Shown here: piece after piece, positions 32,910 through 42,107 of the stretch
Layout: each line of letters starts with the position of its first letter
Numbering within the stretch: position 1 is the stretch's first letter
Origin: an uncultured Bacteroidales bacterium
GTDB taxonomy: Bacteria; Bacteroidota; Bacteroidia; Bacteroidales; Paludibacteraceae
Length of the DNA stretch: 64,000 bases
Reading direction: 5' to 3'
Assembly (NCBI GenBank): GCA_900319645.1
Contig: ONPG01000008.1
Location: 643 to 64,642 of the forward strand
The notes under the pieces: generated by a model
Seen by the model: the letters and a program-made list of their open reading frames with translations, nothing else
The model's database searches: none
What the model was told of the DNA's origin: nothing
Position numbers and translations under genes: made by a program

Positions 32910-34913
32910 TTGCCCCTTGCCATCCGGGATTGCTACACCTATAGTATCCCGGATGACTTGGCTTTGCCCTCGCCGGGCACGCGGGTAGTCGTGCCGGTGA
33001 TGAAAAAAGCGGTCAGAGGTGTCGTTCTGCGCGAGCACACCGAACCCATCGACGCGGATTGGTCCGGCAAGATCCGCCCAGTTATCTCGATAGCCGACGA
33101 AGCACCGGTGGTAAGCCGCGAGCAGTTGGCGTTATGGCAATGGATGAGCAGTTACTATATGTGTACGCTTGGCGAAGTGATGAGCGCCGCACTGCCTAAC
33201 GGATTGGACCAACGGCTGCTCAATCCTCCCAAACGCAGGCGGACCCAACTGAAGCCATATGACGGTCCGGTTGAACCGCAACATCCGCTCTCAGATGCAC
33301 AACAGAAAAGTGCCGATGAAATCGAGACCTTTTGGCAAAACGGCAAACCGATCGTGCTCCTGCACGGAGTGACCAGCAGCGGCAAGACAGAAGTGTATAT
33401 CCACCTGATAGAGAAACAGCTGCAAGACGGCAAAAACGTGCTCTATCTGGTGCCTGAGATAGCCCTGACCACGCAACTCACCAGCCGCCTGCAAAAGATC
33501 TTCGGCGACCGACTAATAGTCTATCACAGCCGGTTCACCGATGCCGAACGCGAGCAGCGGTATCTGGAAATCACCCACCGACGTTCCTCAGACGACAAAA
33601 CATTTGTGGTCATTGGCGCCCGGAGTGCCGTGTTTCTTCCTATTCCCGACATAGGACTTGTGATAGTGGACGAAGAGCACGAAACGAGTTACAAACAGGT
33701 TGAACCCGCTCCGCGTTACCACGCCCGGAACGCTGCGCTGATGCTGGCGAAAAGTCACGGTGCCAACGTGGTTTTGGGCAGTGCCACTCCTTCCATCGAG
33801 AGTTACTACATGGCGCAGAAAGGCGTGTACGGACTAAGCCGCCTCACGGAGCGGTACGCCGGCATCCAACTGCCGCAAGTGGAACTAATTGACCTCAAGC
33901 GGCAATACCAGCGCAAGGAGATGTACGGTCATCTGAGCGATCCGCTTGTGGATGCTATCCGCCAGACGCTTAAAGACAACAAACAGGTCATCCTCTTTCA
34001 GAACCGCCGGGGCTACGCACCGATGCTCCAATGCACCCAATGCGGGCAAGTACCACGCTGCGTACAATGCGATGTGCCGCTTACCTTGCATATGCAGGCA
34101 CGCGAATTGCGGTGTCACTATTGCGGCTACAAGATGCCCGTTCCTGCGGTCTGTCCGCATTGCGGAGGCGAGATGAAGATACAAGGTGTGGGAACCGAAC
34201 GTATCGAAGACGAGGTGCAGCAACTTTTCCCCGAAGCACGGATACTCCGGATGGATCTGGACACCACACGCAACAAAACAGCGTATCAGGACATCATCAA
34301 TGCGTTTGCCAAGCACGAGTGCGATATCCTCATCGGCACACAGATGATCACAAAAGGACTACATTTCAACGACGTGCAACTGGTGGGAGTCATCAATGCC
34401 GACCCGCTGCTTAACCAACCGGATTTCCGTGCATACGAGCGCGCCTACCAGATGCTTGAGCAGGTTGCCGGCAGAAGCGGCCGCAGCGGCAACAGGGGCA
34501 AAGTGCTGATCCAGACCTTCGATGTCGCCAACCCGCTTTATCCAATGATTCAGACCCACGACTACGAGCAACTCTACCGCTCTCAGTTGGGCGAAAGAGA
34601 ACTATTCCACTATCCTCCGTTCCACCGGCTTATTTGCGTGCAACTGCGCCACCACGACGCCCGACGGGCAGAGAAAGCGGCATCTATCCTCCAGCAGCGC
34701 TTGTCGCTCATTTTCGGCAACCGCGTTTCCGGCGTAGTCGTACCATCTGTCGCGCGCCTGCAGGCTTACCATATTCGCCATGTGCTGCTACGGATTGAGC
34801 AAGGAGCCAGCCTCAGCGGCGCCAAACAACGACTTCGGCAGGCAATCGACTACACCCTCGCACAACAAGAAGCGAAAGGCATACAGATACTCATTGACGT
34901 GGATCCCATGTAG
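32910..34913 (+). CDS. priA: Primosomal protein N-prime (replication restart helicase PriA)
   Basis: It has Walker A (GVTSSGKT), a DEEH box (VDEEHETSYK) and a Cys-rich zinc insert (CTQCGQVPRCVQCDVPLTLH...CHYCGY...CPHCGG). The start is uncertain (TTG at 32910). In-frame conserved-looking residues (YIDVI) continue upstream without a canonical start codon. Confidence 0.88.
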   Translation: MPLAIRDCYTYSIPDDLALPSPGTRVVVPVMKKAVRGVVLREHTEPIDADWSGKIRPVISIADEAPVVSREQLALWQWMSSYYMCTLGEVMSAALPNGLDQRLLNPPKRRRTQLKPYDGPVEPQHPLSDAQQKSADEIETFWQNGKPIVLLHGVTSSGKTEVYIHLIEKQLQDGKNVLYLVPEIALTTQLTSRLQKIFGDRLIVYHSRFTDAEREQRYLEITHRRSSDDKTFVVIGARSAVFLPIPDIGLVIVDEEHETSYKQVEPAPRYHARNAALMLAKSHGANVVLGSATPSIESYYMAQKGVYGLSRLTERYAGIQLPQVELIDLKRQYQRKEMYGHLSDPLVDAIRQTLKDNKQVILFQNRRGYAPMLQCTQCGQVPRCVQCDVPLTLHMQARELRCHYCGYKMPVPAVCPHCGGEMKIQGVGTERIEDEVQQLFPEARILRMDLDTTRNKTAYQDIINAFAKHECDILIGTQMITKGLHFNDVQLVGVINADPLLNQPDFRAYERAYQMLEQVAGRSGRSGNRGKVLIQTFDVANPLYPMIQTHDYEQLYRSQLGERELFHYPPFHRLICVQLRHHDARRAEKAASILQQRLSLIFGNRVSGVVVPSVARLQAYHIRHVLLRIEQGASLSGAKQRLRQAIDYTLAQQEAKGIQILIDVDPM

Positions 34914-34936
34914 GTCAAACAAAATGTTTCAAGACT

Positions 34937-35920
34937 ATGGAAAACCAATACATCTCATTCAATTATCCCGATGAAACCGCACGTATTCAGCATACGGTGG
35001 GTTATATCAACGAGCAGATCGAATCGGGTCGTGGTGCCCGACTGGTAGAGGATGGCGAAGCGTGGCACAACCTGCAGTTAGCGCGTATAGCCCAAGAGAT
35101 CAGCACCCGGCCGGAGATACGGGTCGTGCTGCTCGCAGGACCTTCGTCGAGCGGAAAGACCAGTACTTCACACCGATTGTGTCTGCAACTGCTTGAGTGC
35201 GGTCTTCAACCGGTTGCGCTGTCCTTGGACAACTGGTTTGTGGAGTCCGACAAGACGCCTCTTGACGAAAATGGAAAACCCGACTACGAGAGTGTGTATG
35301 CGCTGGACCTGAAACTGCTGTGGAGCGATCTGAAAGCTTTGATTGCCGGCAAAGTAAGAGATCTGCCACTGTTCAATTTTCTCACCGCCAAACGGGAGTA
35401 TAACGGCCAGCAACTGCAACTGAAGCCGAAAAACATCTTAGTTATCGAAGGCATCCATGCGCTCAATCCGCTCCTTACCAAACATATACCTGCTTCCTGC
35501 AAATACAAGATCTATGCAGCTCCGATGAGCCCGATCTCGCTGGACGGAGAACACTGGATATCCACCCATCTCAACCGACTGCTTCGACGCATGAGCCGTG
35601 ACAAACGGACACGCGGACGCTCGCCGCAGGACACAATCGCAATATGGCAAGCGGTCAGAGCGGGAGAAGAGAAATGGATTGAGCCTTTCCGCAATGAAGC
35701 AGACGCCTTGTTCGACACCAGTATGACCTACGAGATACCGGCTATCAAAATCGACATGGAACGTGCGCTGCAAACCGTTCCGGCTTCTTCGCCCGAATAC
35801 GATATGGCGGAGAAACTGCTCTCGTTCCTCAAATTCTTCGAGCCGCTTCCGGCTGATCTCGTTCCCCGGACGTCCATTTTACGCGAATTCATCGGAGGCT
35901 CGCAGTTCAACGTGGGATAA
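34937..35920 (+). CDS. Uridine-kinase/phosphoribulokinase-family P-loop nucleoside kinase
   Basis: 327-aa ORF with a P-loop (GPSSSGKTST) and a layout similar to the kinase half of long uridine-kinase-like proteins. Confidence 0.7.
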   Translation: MENQYISFNYPDETARIQHTVGYINEQIESGRGARLVEDGEAWHNLQLARIAQEISTRPEIRVVLLAGPSSSGKTSTSHRLCLQLLECGLQPVALSLDNWFVESDKTPLDENGKPDYESVYALDLKLLWSDLKALIAGKVRDLPLFNFLTAKREYNGQQLQLKPKNILVIEGIHALNPLLTKHIPASCKYKIYAAPMSPISLDGEHWISTHLNRLLRRMSRDKRTRGRSPQDTIAIWQAVRAGEEKWIEPFRNEADALFDTSMTYEIPAIKIDMERALQTVPASSPEYDMAEKLLSFLKFFEPLPADLVPRTSILREFIGGSQFNVG

Positions 35921-35923
35921 AAG

Positions 35924-35948
35924 AAAAAGCGCCGTGCGGCGCTTTTTT
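35924..35948. terminator. Bidirectional rho-independent terminator between convergent genes
   Basis: AAAAAGCGCC-GTGC-GGCGCTTTTTT. It overlaps the trmB stop codon. Confidence 0.65.
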
Positions 35949-36735
35949 ATTGCGGACTGGTGTAGTTCCGCCCGTAGGAGCGGTAAGTATCTTTCTCTAT
36001 CTCGATAGTGGGTTCTACCCATTGGCTGAGAGGAGTCAGCTGCCACTCGATATATTTGATAGTGAGCCCCCTGTCCAACCATTGTTTCTCATAATGAGTC
36101 TGTAGTGCCCGCGCGTCCTGAAAGTAATTATTTTCCGCGGTTTCACCGTATAAATCCGAGGTCTTGCACAGAACAGGATAAGGGTTGAGCCGCAGCATTT
36201 CCGTGGTATAAGTATATAGAAAAGGACTGTCCGTTTTCAGATGGATGATACCGGTCGGTTTCATGATTTGCTGGTAGCGCTGCATAAACCAGGTGCTTGT
36301 CAGACGCTTGGTGGCTTTTTTCATCTGCGGGTCGCAGAACGTGATCCAGATTTCGTCCACCTCATTGGCGGCAAAAAATGAAGTGATGACCTCAATGTTC
36401 GTGCGCAGAAAGGCTACGTTCTTCATGCTATTCATCTCCGCCTCGCGCGCGCCCGCCCACATGCGCGCTCCTTTTATATCTACGCCTATGAAATTCTTGT
36501 CGGGGTAACGTGCTGCGAGACCAACCGTATATTCTCCTCTTCCGCATCCGAGTTCCAGCACAATCGGGTTCTCGTTATGGAAATAAGACTCACGCCAGAG
36601 TCCCGCCATGTTATGTTTACACCCAACGTTTTGGGGCTGCGCTTTTTGCAAGGAGTCCAACTCACGTGCCACACACTGGAAGACGTTGCTGAACGTCTCC
36701 ATCTCGGCAAACTTTTTTAACTTGTTCTTTCCCAT
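35947..36735 (-). CDS. trmB: tRNA (guanine46-N7)-methyltransferase
   Basis: 262-aa ORF with the SAM-binding block LELGCGRGEYTVGLA and a TrmB-like C-terminal region (ITFCDPQ). Confidence 0.9.
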   Translation of the reverse strand: MGKNKLKKFAEMETFSNVFQCVARELDSLQKAQPQNVGCKHNMAGLWRESYFHNENPIVLELGCGRGEYTVGLAARYPDKNFIGVDIKGARMWAGAREAEMNSMKNVAFLRTNIEVITSFFAANEVDEIWITFCDPQMKKATKRLTSTWFMQRYQQIMKPTGIIHLKTDSPFLYTYTTEMLRLNPYPVLCKTSDLYGETAENNYFQDARALQTHYEKQWLDRGLTIKYIEWQLTPLSQWVEPTIEIEKDTYRSYGRNYTSPQ

Positions 36736-36748
36736 TTCCTTTCCACTT

Positions 36749-37210
36749 TCAGTTTTCAGTTTTCAGTACTTCCACTCCTATATCGGTAATACCTCGAAGG
36801 AGCGTGTCACGCATCCCGTGCTGGATATCCAGAAGATAGGTTCCAGTATCGGGATAGTGTTTTCTTTCCTCGTACAGAACCGGCATCTCGATAAATCCGT
36901 GGTGACGGTCGCCAAGCCAGTTTCCCCGTTCATCCGCCAGATAGAACTCAATCGTGTCACGGTGGAGCGAATCGCCGAGGAAAAGCCACATGTTCTGGTA
37001 GGGATAACACTCCGTATGACGCACATACACCAATATCCGGTAATCTATTGAGGTATCAGCAACCGGGAATTCAAAACGCGCCACCGAATCGATGTGCCAT
37101 TCTTCCGATTCCATCGTAGAAAAAGCACTATATACGATTCCTTGACGGCAGGAAGCCAACAACATCAGACTTCCGAGCAACACAAATCCTATGAATAGTT
37201 TTCTTTTCAT
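36749..37210 (-). CDS. gldH: GldH-like lipoprotein
   Basis: 153 aa from the ATG at 37210, with a lipoprotein signal (LLASC). The block YPYQNMWLFL and the overall size resemble the GldH family. It sits in the holB-PSP1-gldH gene order that I recall for this family in Bacteroidota; that recollection was not checked. The ORF-track start at 37312 was rejected because it overlaps the upstream gene. Confidence 0.6.
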   Translation of the reverse strand: MKRKLFIGFVLLGSLMLLASCRQGIVYSAFSTMESEEWHIDSVARFEFPVADTSIDYRILVYVRHTECYPYQNMWLFLGDSLHRDTIEFYLADERGNWLGDRHHGFIEMPVLYEERKHYPDTGTYLLDIQHGMRDTLLRGITDIGVEVLKTEN

Positions 37211-37211
37211 G

Positions 37212-38366
37212 TTACTGCGCCTGGCGGTTATTACCCCGGTTACGGTCGCGTCGCTCGCGGTTATCGCGGTTACGATGCTCATGACGTTTGTTATTGTTGC
37301 GTTTCTTGTCAAAACGGGTCACGTCCTCGTGCACGATCGTGTTCTGATAACCAATCTCGGTGGTCACAGCCTTCGTGCCCTCAAGCGTATCGGGTTTCTC
37401 GCCCCGGTGATTCATGGCGATGATATCCTGCGCCCGACGGACAGAGATTGTTTGCAGATTGGCGGCCATGTGCTGGTCAGACGAATAGGTCACCTTGCCC
37501 GCCAATGGATCCGTGGAGAACAGATACCAGGTAGCATCCTTGGTCTCCAACTGGATATTGCGGGAAGGGAGGAGTTTGGACGCATCCTCATAGACCGGCA
37601 CCTCGTAATTGAGGCAGCATTTCAGCTTGGCGCACATGCCTGCAAGTTTCTGCGGATTGGGAGAGATATTCTGTATGCGCGCCGCTCCTGTTCCAACCGA
37701 CGAGAAATTGATCATCCACGTGGAGCAGCACAACTCACGTCCGCAAGGACCTGTTCCGCCTATACGCCCTGCTTCCTGACGTGCGCCTATCTGCTTCATT
37801 TCCACCCGGATACGGAACGTCTCGGCATACACTTTGATCAACTGACGGAAATCCACACGTCCGTCGGCTATATAGTAGAAAATAGCCTTGGTGCCGTCTC
37901 CCTGATACTCGACGTCGCCTATTTTCATCTCCAGTCCGAGCGATTTGGCCAGTTGGCGGGCTTTGATCATCGTCTCCTGCTCGCGCGCATGAGCCTGTTC
38001 GGCACGTTTGAGGTCCTCCTCCGTAGCGATACGGATGACATTGCGCACCTCGTAACGCGAAGTGTCAATCTTGTTCTTTTTCATCTGCAACTCCACGAGC
38101 TTGCCCGTCAGAACCACTTCTCCCAGATCCTGCCCCGTCGTAGCCTCCACCACCACCCTGACGCCTTTCTCCAAAGGCAGATGCTGGCTGTTATGGAAAT
38201 AGCCCTTGCGTGTCTGTTTGAACTGAACCTCTATGAGGTCCGTCAATTGTGTATTTTCAGGCAGGTCGCTGAGCCAGTCGCTCACGGGCAGCATGTGCGC
38301 CGAATTGCGCTTCGTAGCCGCTGCGCCAAGCTGCTCATGCGGATTGCCTACTGTAAATTTTTTCAT
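37212..38366 (-). CDS. PSP1 domain protein (RicT/YaaT-like)
   Basis: 384-aa ORF with a PSP1 core containing a cysteine cluster (GPCGRELCCSTW...CAKLKCC). It ends in an Arg/Asn-rich tail. Confidence 0.85.
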   Translation of the reverse strand: MKKFTVGNPHEQLGAAATKRNSAHMLPVSDWLSDLPENTQLTDLIEVQFKQTRKGYFHNSQHLPLEKGVRVVVEATTGQDLGEVVLTGKLVELQMKKNKIDTSRYEVRNVIRIATEEDLKRAEQAHAREQETMIKARQLAKSLGLEMKIGDVEYQGDGTKAIFYYIADGRVDFRQLIKVYAETFRIRVEMKQIGARQEAGRIGGTGPCGRELCCSTWMINFSSVGTGAARIQNISPNPQKLAGMCAKLKCCLNYEVPVYEDASKLLPSRNIQLETKDATWYLFSTDPLAGKVTYSSDQHMAANLQTISVRRAQDIIAMNHRGEKPDTLEGTKAVTTEIGYQNTIVHEDVTRFDKKRNNNKRHEHRNRDNRERRDRNRGNNRQAQ

Positions 38367-38372
38367 ATAGTA

Positions 38373-39548
38373 TCAATTATCACTTGTCTTGGGTTTCTTT
38401 ATCAGTACAATCATCTGCAAACAGAGGTCGAAGAAAATCACTTTCGCGTTGCCGTTCTGCTCTATCTGCCGCTCGGCTTTCTCCAACTCAAGCATGATCT
38501 GCTCCACGTTTCCGCTATGGATGAACGGAGCGAACTTCACCGAGAAATCCCGCTCGGCGGACATCTGGTAGTTCAGTTCCGGCTGGTGGAAATTGCGGAT
38601 GTAATTCTCACGTACCTGGTTTTGCGCGTATTGCAGGAAATGCTTCTGTTTCTCACGCCCCACCTTGCTGTCCGCCATTTCCATACTCCATTGGCGCAGG
38701 CGCTTGAGGGAATCAAATTTCATCTTCGGATCACGCATCACTCCCACCGTATAGGCATCTCGGAAAAGAGCGATAAAATCGCGCAATTCCTGCTGGTTCT
38801 CCTCCGTTTCATCCGATTTCTTGAGTGCCTGCAGATAACTGCCGTTAGCTATGCGGGCAATGTCTCTCGCTTCTGTCTCGTTCATGTTATGTTGCGACAT
38901 AAGCGCTTGGGCTATATCCTCCGCCTGCAATCGCGGTACGCGGATGGTCTGCACGCGCGACTGGATAGTGGACAACAACTGCTCCGGATGCTCGCTCACC
39001 ATAATAAAGAGCGTTCGCTTGGGCGGCTCCTCCAGGATCTTGAGCAGTTTGTTCGCACAGGTGGGATTCATTTTCTCCGGCTGCCAGATAATCATTACCT
39101 TGTAGCCGTCACCAAAAGGCTTCAGGCTCAACTTGCGCAGGATCTCCGAACTCTCTTTCTCGTATATCATCCCCTGCTTGGTCTCAACGCCCAAGACTTT
39201 GTACCAGTCGTCCAAGTCGAAATAGTGCTGCTTGAGGATAATACTGCGCCAAGGTGCCATATAGGCATCGCAGGTGTCCGCCGAGTCGGTTTTGACAATC
39301 GGAAAAGCAAAATGCAGATCGGGATGCTGCAAGTTCCTGTATTGCTGGCAAGTCGGGCATACGCCGCAACTGTCCTCGGATGTACGATGCGGACAGTTGA
39401 CGTATTGCGCATACGCCAGAGCCAGTTGCAGTTTGCCTATTCCGGACACGCCGGCAAACAACTGCGCATGAGGGATTCGCCCCTCACGCACCGAGAGACG
39501 CAACTGCTGCTTAACCTCCTCCTGTCCTATTATTTCTTTGAATAGCAT
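38373..39548 (-). CDS. holB: DNA polymerase III subunit delta-prime
   Basis: 391-aa ORF with a clamp-loader AAA+ N-terminus (HAQLFAGVSGIGK) and a zinc module (CGVCPTCQQY). Confidence 0.85.
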   Translation of the reverse strand: MLFKEIIGQEEVKQQLRLSVREGRIPHAQLFAGVSGIGKLQLALAYAQYVNCPHRTSEDSCGVCPTCQQYRNLQHPDLHFAFPIVKTDSADTCDAYMAPWRSIILKQHYFDLDDWYKVLGVETKQGMIYEKESSEILRKLSLKPFGDGYKVMIIWQPEKMNPTCANKLLKILEEPPKRTLFIMVSEHPEQLLSTIQSRVQTIRVPRLQAEDIAQALMSQHNMNETEARDIARIANGSYLQALKKSDETEENQQELRDFIALFRDAYTVGVMRDPKMKFDSLKRLRQWSMEMADSKVGREKQKHFLQYAQNQVRENYIRNFHQPELNYQMSAERDFSVKFAPFIHSGNVEQIMLELEKAERQIEQNGNAKVIFFDLCLQMIVLIKKPKTSDN

Positions 39549-39581
39549 CGCTTTCCTCCTCTTAGATGGAGGTCGGGAAGG

Positions 39582-40013
39582 TTATTTTTTCAGTTCATCC
39601 CGCAGAGCAGCGACCATTTCAGCATACTCGGCGTCACTCAGATACACTTTGCCGGGATTCATCTGGAAGGTGCCTCCGTAGTCAGGACCGTCCACATACT
39701 TGGGAGCCAGATGGAAATGCAGATGGCTCAGTTTGTCGGAGTAGGCGCCATAGTTGATTTTCTCAGGCTTGAACAGTTTCTGCATAGCACGAGTGACGTC
39801 AGCTACGTCGGCCATAAAAAGATTACGCTGTTCGTCGCTCAACTCATTCAGGTCATTCACATGCTCGTCGTATGCCACCAGGCAACGGCCGTGATAGGTC
39901 TGCTCTTTGAACAGGAAAGCACGGGAGACGCGCAGATGCGCAATCTCTATCATCAAATTGTGTAAGGTCTCATTGTTCTGGCAATAGAGACAATCTTTCG
40001 GATCAGAATACAT
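39582..40013 (-). CDS. HIT (histidine triad) family protein
   Basis: 143-aa ORF with the HLHFHL histidine triad near the C-terminus. Confidence 0.85.
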   Translation of the reverse strand: MYSDPKDCLYCQNNETLHNLMIEIAHLRVSRAFLFKEQTYHGRCLVAYDEHVNDLNELSDEQRNLFMADVADVTRAMQKLFKPEKINYGAYSDKLSHLHFHLAPKYVDGPDYGGTFQMNPGKVYLSDAEYAEMVAALRDELKK

Positions 40014-40043
40014 GATATTTATTGGTAATTGGTTATTGGTAAA

Positions 40044-40766
40044 TTATTTTTTTCTTCCTTCAATGACCGCATTTCGAACGGCTTCGATAGCTTCGTTCGG
40101 ATCTGCAAACTGCTTGAGATCAATCGGTTCGCCTATATGCATATGCACGGGATTCCAATGCACAAACGGCTTTCCTTTGGGCAGGACCTCGAAACATCCG
40201 TCCAGCGAGAGGGGTATCACGGGCAGACCTAAATCCAACGCAATCTGGAACGCTCCTCGTTTGAATCGTCCCACTTCGCCGTTCAGGCTACGCGTTCCCT
40301 CCGGGAAAATCACGGTGCACACGCCGTTCGACAACTGTTTCTCAATCTCTTTCAGGCTCTCCATCGAGGCTTTCGCATTGCGGCGCTCCACGAAAATATG
40401 TCCCGCTGCCTTGCAAGCGGTTCCGACAAAAGGCACCTTGCGCAACTCGGCTTTCATCAGCCATTTGAAGATCACCGGCAGCCATCCGTACACCAGCCAC
40501 ACATCGAACATCGACTGGTGGTTGGCGACAAACACATAGCTCCGGCCCTTCCGGATATGCTCATATCCATCTACGCTTACCGGCAGAAAAAACAACCAGA
40601 AAGCGGATTTCGACCAGAACTGCTGCTCTTTGTGAACAAACTCCGTATTTCTGAACGGAACCAACAGAATCGTGAATACAGCCGTAAAAATAGTCAGCAC
40701 TAAAAATATCGGCCACGCTACCAGATACTGGTACAAGATATAAAACGGAAATAATACTTTCTTCAT
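40044..40766 (-). CDS. plsC: 1-acyl-sn-glycerol-3-phosphate acyltransferase
   Basis: 240-aa ORF with N-terminal TM segments, an HX4D motif (NHQSMFD) and an FPEGTRS block. Confidence 0.85.
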   Translation of the reverse strand: MKKVLFPFYILYQYLVAWPIFLVLTIFTAVFTILLVPFRNTEFVHKEQQFWSKSAFWLFFLPVSVDGYEHIRKGRSYVFVANHQSMFDVWLVYGWLPVIFKWLMKAELRKVPFVGTACKAAGHIFVERRNAKASMESLKEIEKQLSNGVCTVIFPEGTRSLNGEVGRFKRGAFQIALDLGLPVIPLSLDGCFEVLPKGKPFVHWNPVHMHIGEPIDLKQFADPNEAIEAVRNAVIEGRKK

Positions 40767-40781
40767 AATCTGTCAATTATC

Positions 40782-41786
40782 TTAGTCTTTGTCGTATTTT
40801 TGCAAAAATCCGCGGTACAACGCACAAATACGGCGGATCTCCTCCCACGTCTCGTCGCTGAGCTTGGTTCCAACAATCTCCACGACACGTCCGGCAGCGA
40901 TAGTACCTATCTCGGCGCAACGGCGGAGATCAAAACCGTCACTCAGGGCGTGCAGGAATCCTCCTGCAAACAGGTCACCCGCTCCCGTTGAGTCGGTACA
41001 ACTGGTAGTGATAGCGCCAATGTGGTGACGTTTGCTGCCACGCTGCACGTACGATCCGTTCTTGCCAACCTTCACGACGGCTATGTCACATTGCTCTGCA
41101 AGGGTCTGAACCGACTCCTCGGGATTGAGATGCGTATAGGCGAAACTCTCGTCCTCGTTGGCAAAAACAATATCCACGTACTGCTTGATCAGCCCTTTGA
41201 GGAACGCGTGATTCTCGTTCACCACGTTGTACGACGCCAGATCCAGCGAGACCATACAACCGGATTCTTTCGCCAAACGGATGGCTTTCTCAATCAAGTC
41301 GTGGTTCTGAACCAGATAGCCCTCGATGTGGAAAATATCGAATCCCGTAAACGCGTCTTTCTGGATGTCATCCGCGCACAGTTCCGCCGCAGCGCCTAAA
41401 TACGTGGCAAACGTGCGCTCGCCGTCCGGGGTGATCAACACAATCGAGCATCCCGACATCGCCGTCTGGGACAAGAACAAAATAGGCTTCACGCCGTTCT
41501 TGAGCAGATCCTCACGGTAGAAATCGCCGACCTCGTCGTTACCGATCTTGCCGATAAACGCCGCTTTACCGCCCAGCGCGGCGATACAGTTGATGGCGTT
41601 CGACGCCGATCCACCGGCTACCATACGCTTCCTCACGGACAGAAAACGATATTGAATCTGCTCCGCTTGCTCTTTCGTGATCAGATTCATGCTTCCTTTC
41701 GGAAATCCGAGTTCGCGCAAATCGTCCTCGCTGACCTGGAGCAAAATGTCCGTTAACGCGTTTCCTAAGCCTAAAACCTTCTTCAT
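40782..41786 (-). CDS. PfkB-family carbohydrate/nucleoside kinase (adenosine-kinase-like)
   Basis: 334-aa ORF with the ribokinase-family C-terminal motif DSTGAGDLFAGGF. Confidence 0.8.
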   Translation of the reverse strand: MKKVLGLGNALTDILLQVSEDDLRELGFPKGSMNLITKEQAEQIQYRFLSVRKRMVAGGSASNAINCIAALGGKAAFIGKIGNDEVGDFYREDLLKNGVKPILFLSQTAMSGCSIVLITPDGERTFATYLGAAAELCADDIQKDAFTGFDIFHIEGYLVQNHDLIEKAIRLAKESGCMVSLDLASYNVVNENHAFLKGLIKQYVDIVFANEDESFAYTHLNPEESVQTLAEQCDIAVVKVGKNGSYVQRGSKRHHIGAITTSCTDSTGAGDLFAGGFLHALSDGFDLRRCAEIGTIAAGRVVEIVGTKLSDETWEEIRRICALYRGFLQKYDKD

Positions 41787-41862
41787 TTTGGTGCAAATTT
41801 AGCTAAAATTGAGTAAATTTTTAAAAAACTTTGCAAAGATACGAATTTTTTTTCAAAAAAAC

Positions 41863-41893
41863 TTGCATATATCAAAAAAAAGCAGTAATTTTG
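41863..41893 (+). promoter_or_regulatory. Bacteroidota-type promoter (TTGCATATAT...TAATTTTG) for tRNA-Asn
   Basis: Exact TTG-N20-TAnnTTTG spacing, ~47 nt upstream of the tRNA 5' end. Confidence 0.6.
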
Positions 41894-41939
41894 CACTCGC
41901 TTTTGAAAAGGAACTAATTTTCGACTGCAAAAAACATCC

Positions 41940-42013
41940 GCTTCCTTAGCTCAGTCGGTTAGAGCATCTGACTGTTAATCAGGGGGTCCTAGGTTCAAGT
42001 CCTAGAGGGAGCG
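41940..42013 (+). tRNA. tRNA-Asn (anticodon GTT)
   Basis: A 74-nt cloverleaf was folded by hand. Acceptor GCTTCCT pairs with AGGGAGC, D stem GCTC with GAGC, and T arm CTAGG-TTCAAGT-CCTAG. The anticodon loop is CTGTTAA. CCA is not encoded. Confidence 0.93.
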
Positions 42014-42015
42014 CA

Positions 42016-42047
42016 AGAGTGACGACAAAAATCGTCACTCTTTTTTT
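42016..42047 (+). terminator. Rho-independent terminator after tRNA-Asn
   Basis: AGAGTGACGA-CAAAAA-TCGTCACTCT followed by TTTTTT. Confidence 0.75.
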
Positions 42048-42070
42048 CTTTATAAAAAATACGCGCGCGC

Positions 42071-42101
42071 TTGCATATATGAAAAAAAAGTTGTACCTTT
42101 G
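42071..42101 (+). promoter_or_regulatory. Bacteroidota-type promoter (TTGCATATATG...TACCTTTG) with no annotated gene behind it
   Basis: Exact N20 spacing. It is part of a ~45-bp module (ACGCGCGCGCTTGCATATATGAAAAAAAAGTTGTAMCTTTGCAC) that is duplicated at 42776-42819. Confidence 0.55.
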
Positions 42102-42107
42102 CACAAT

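Noticed and set aside
37191-39545. 784-aa plus-strand ORF
   Set aside because: It is antisense to the well-supported PSP1 and holB genes, and its translation is Leu/Arg-rich with no recognisable domain.
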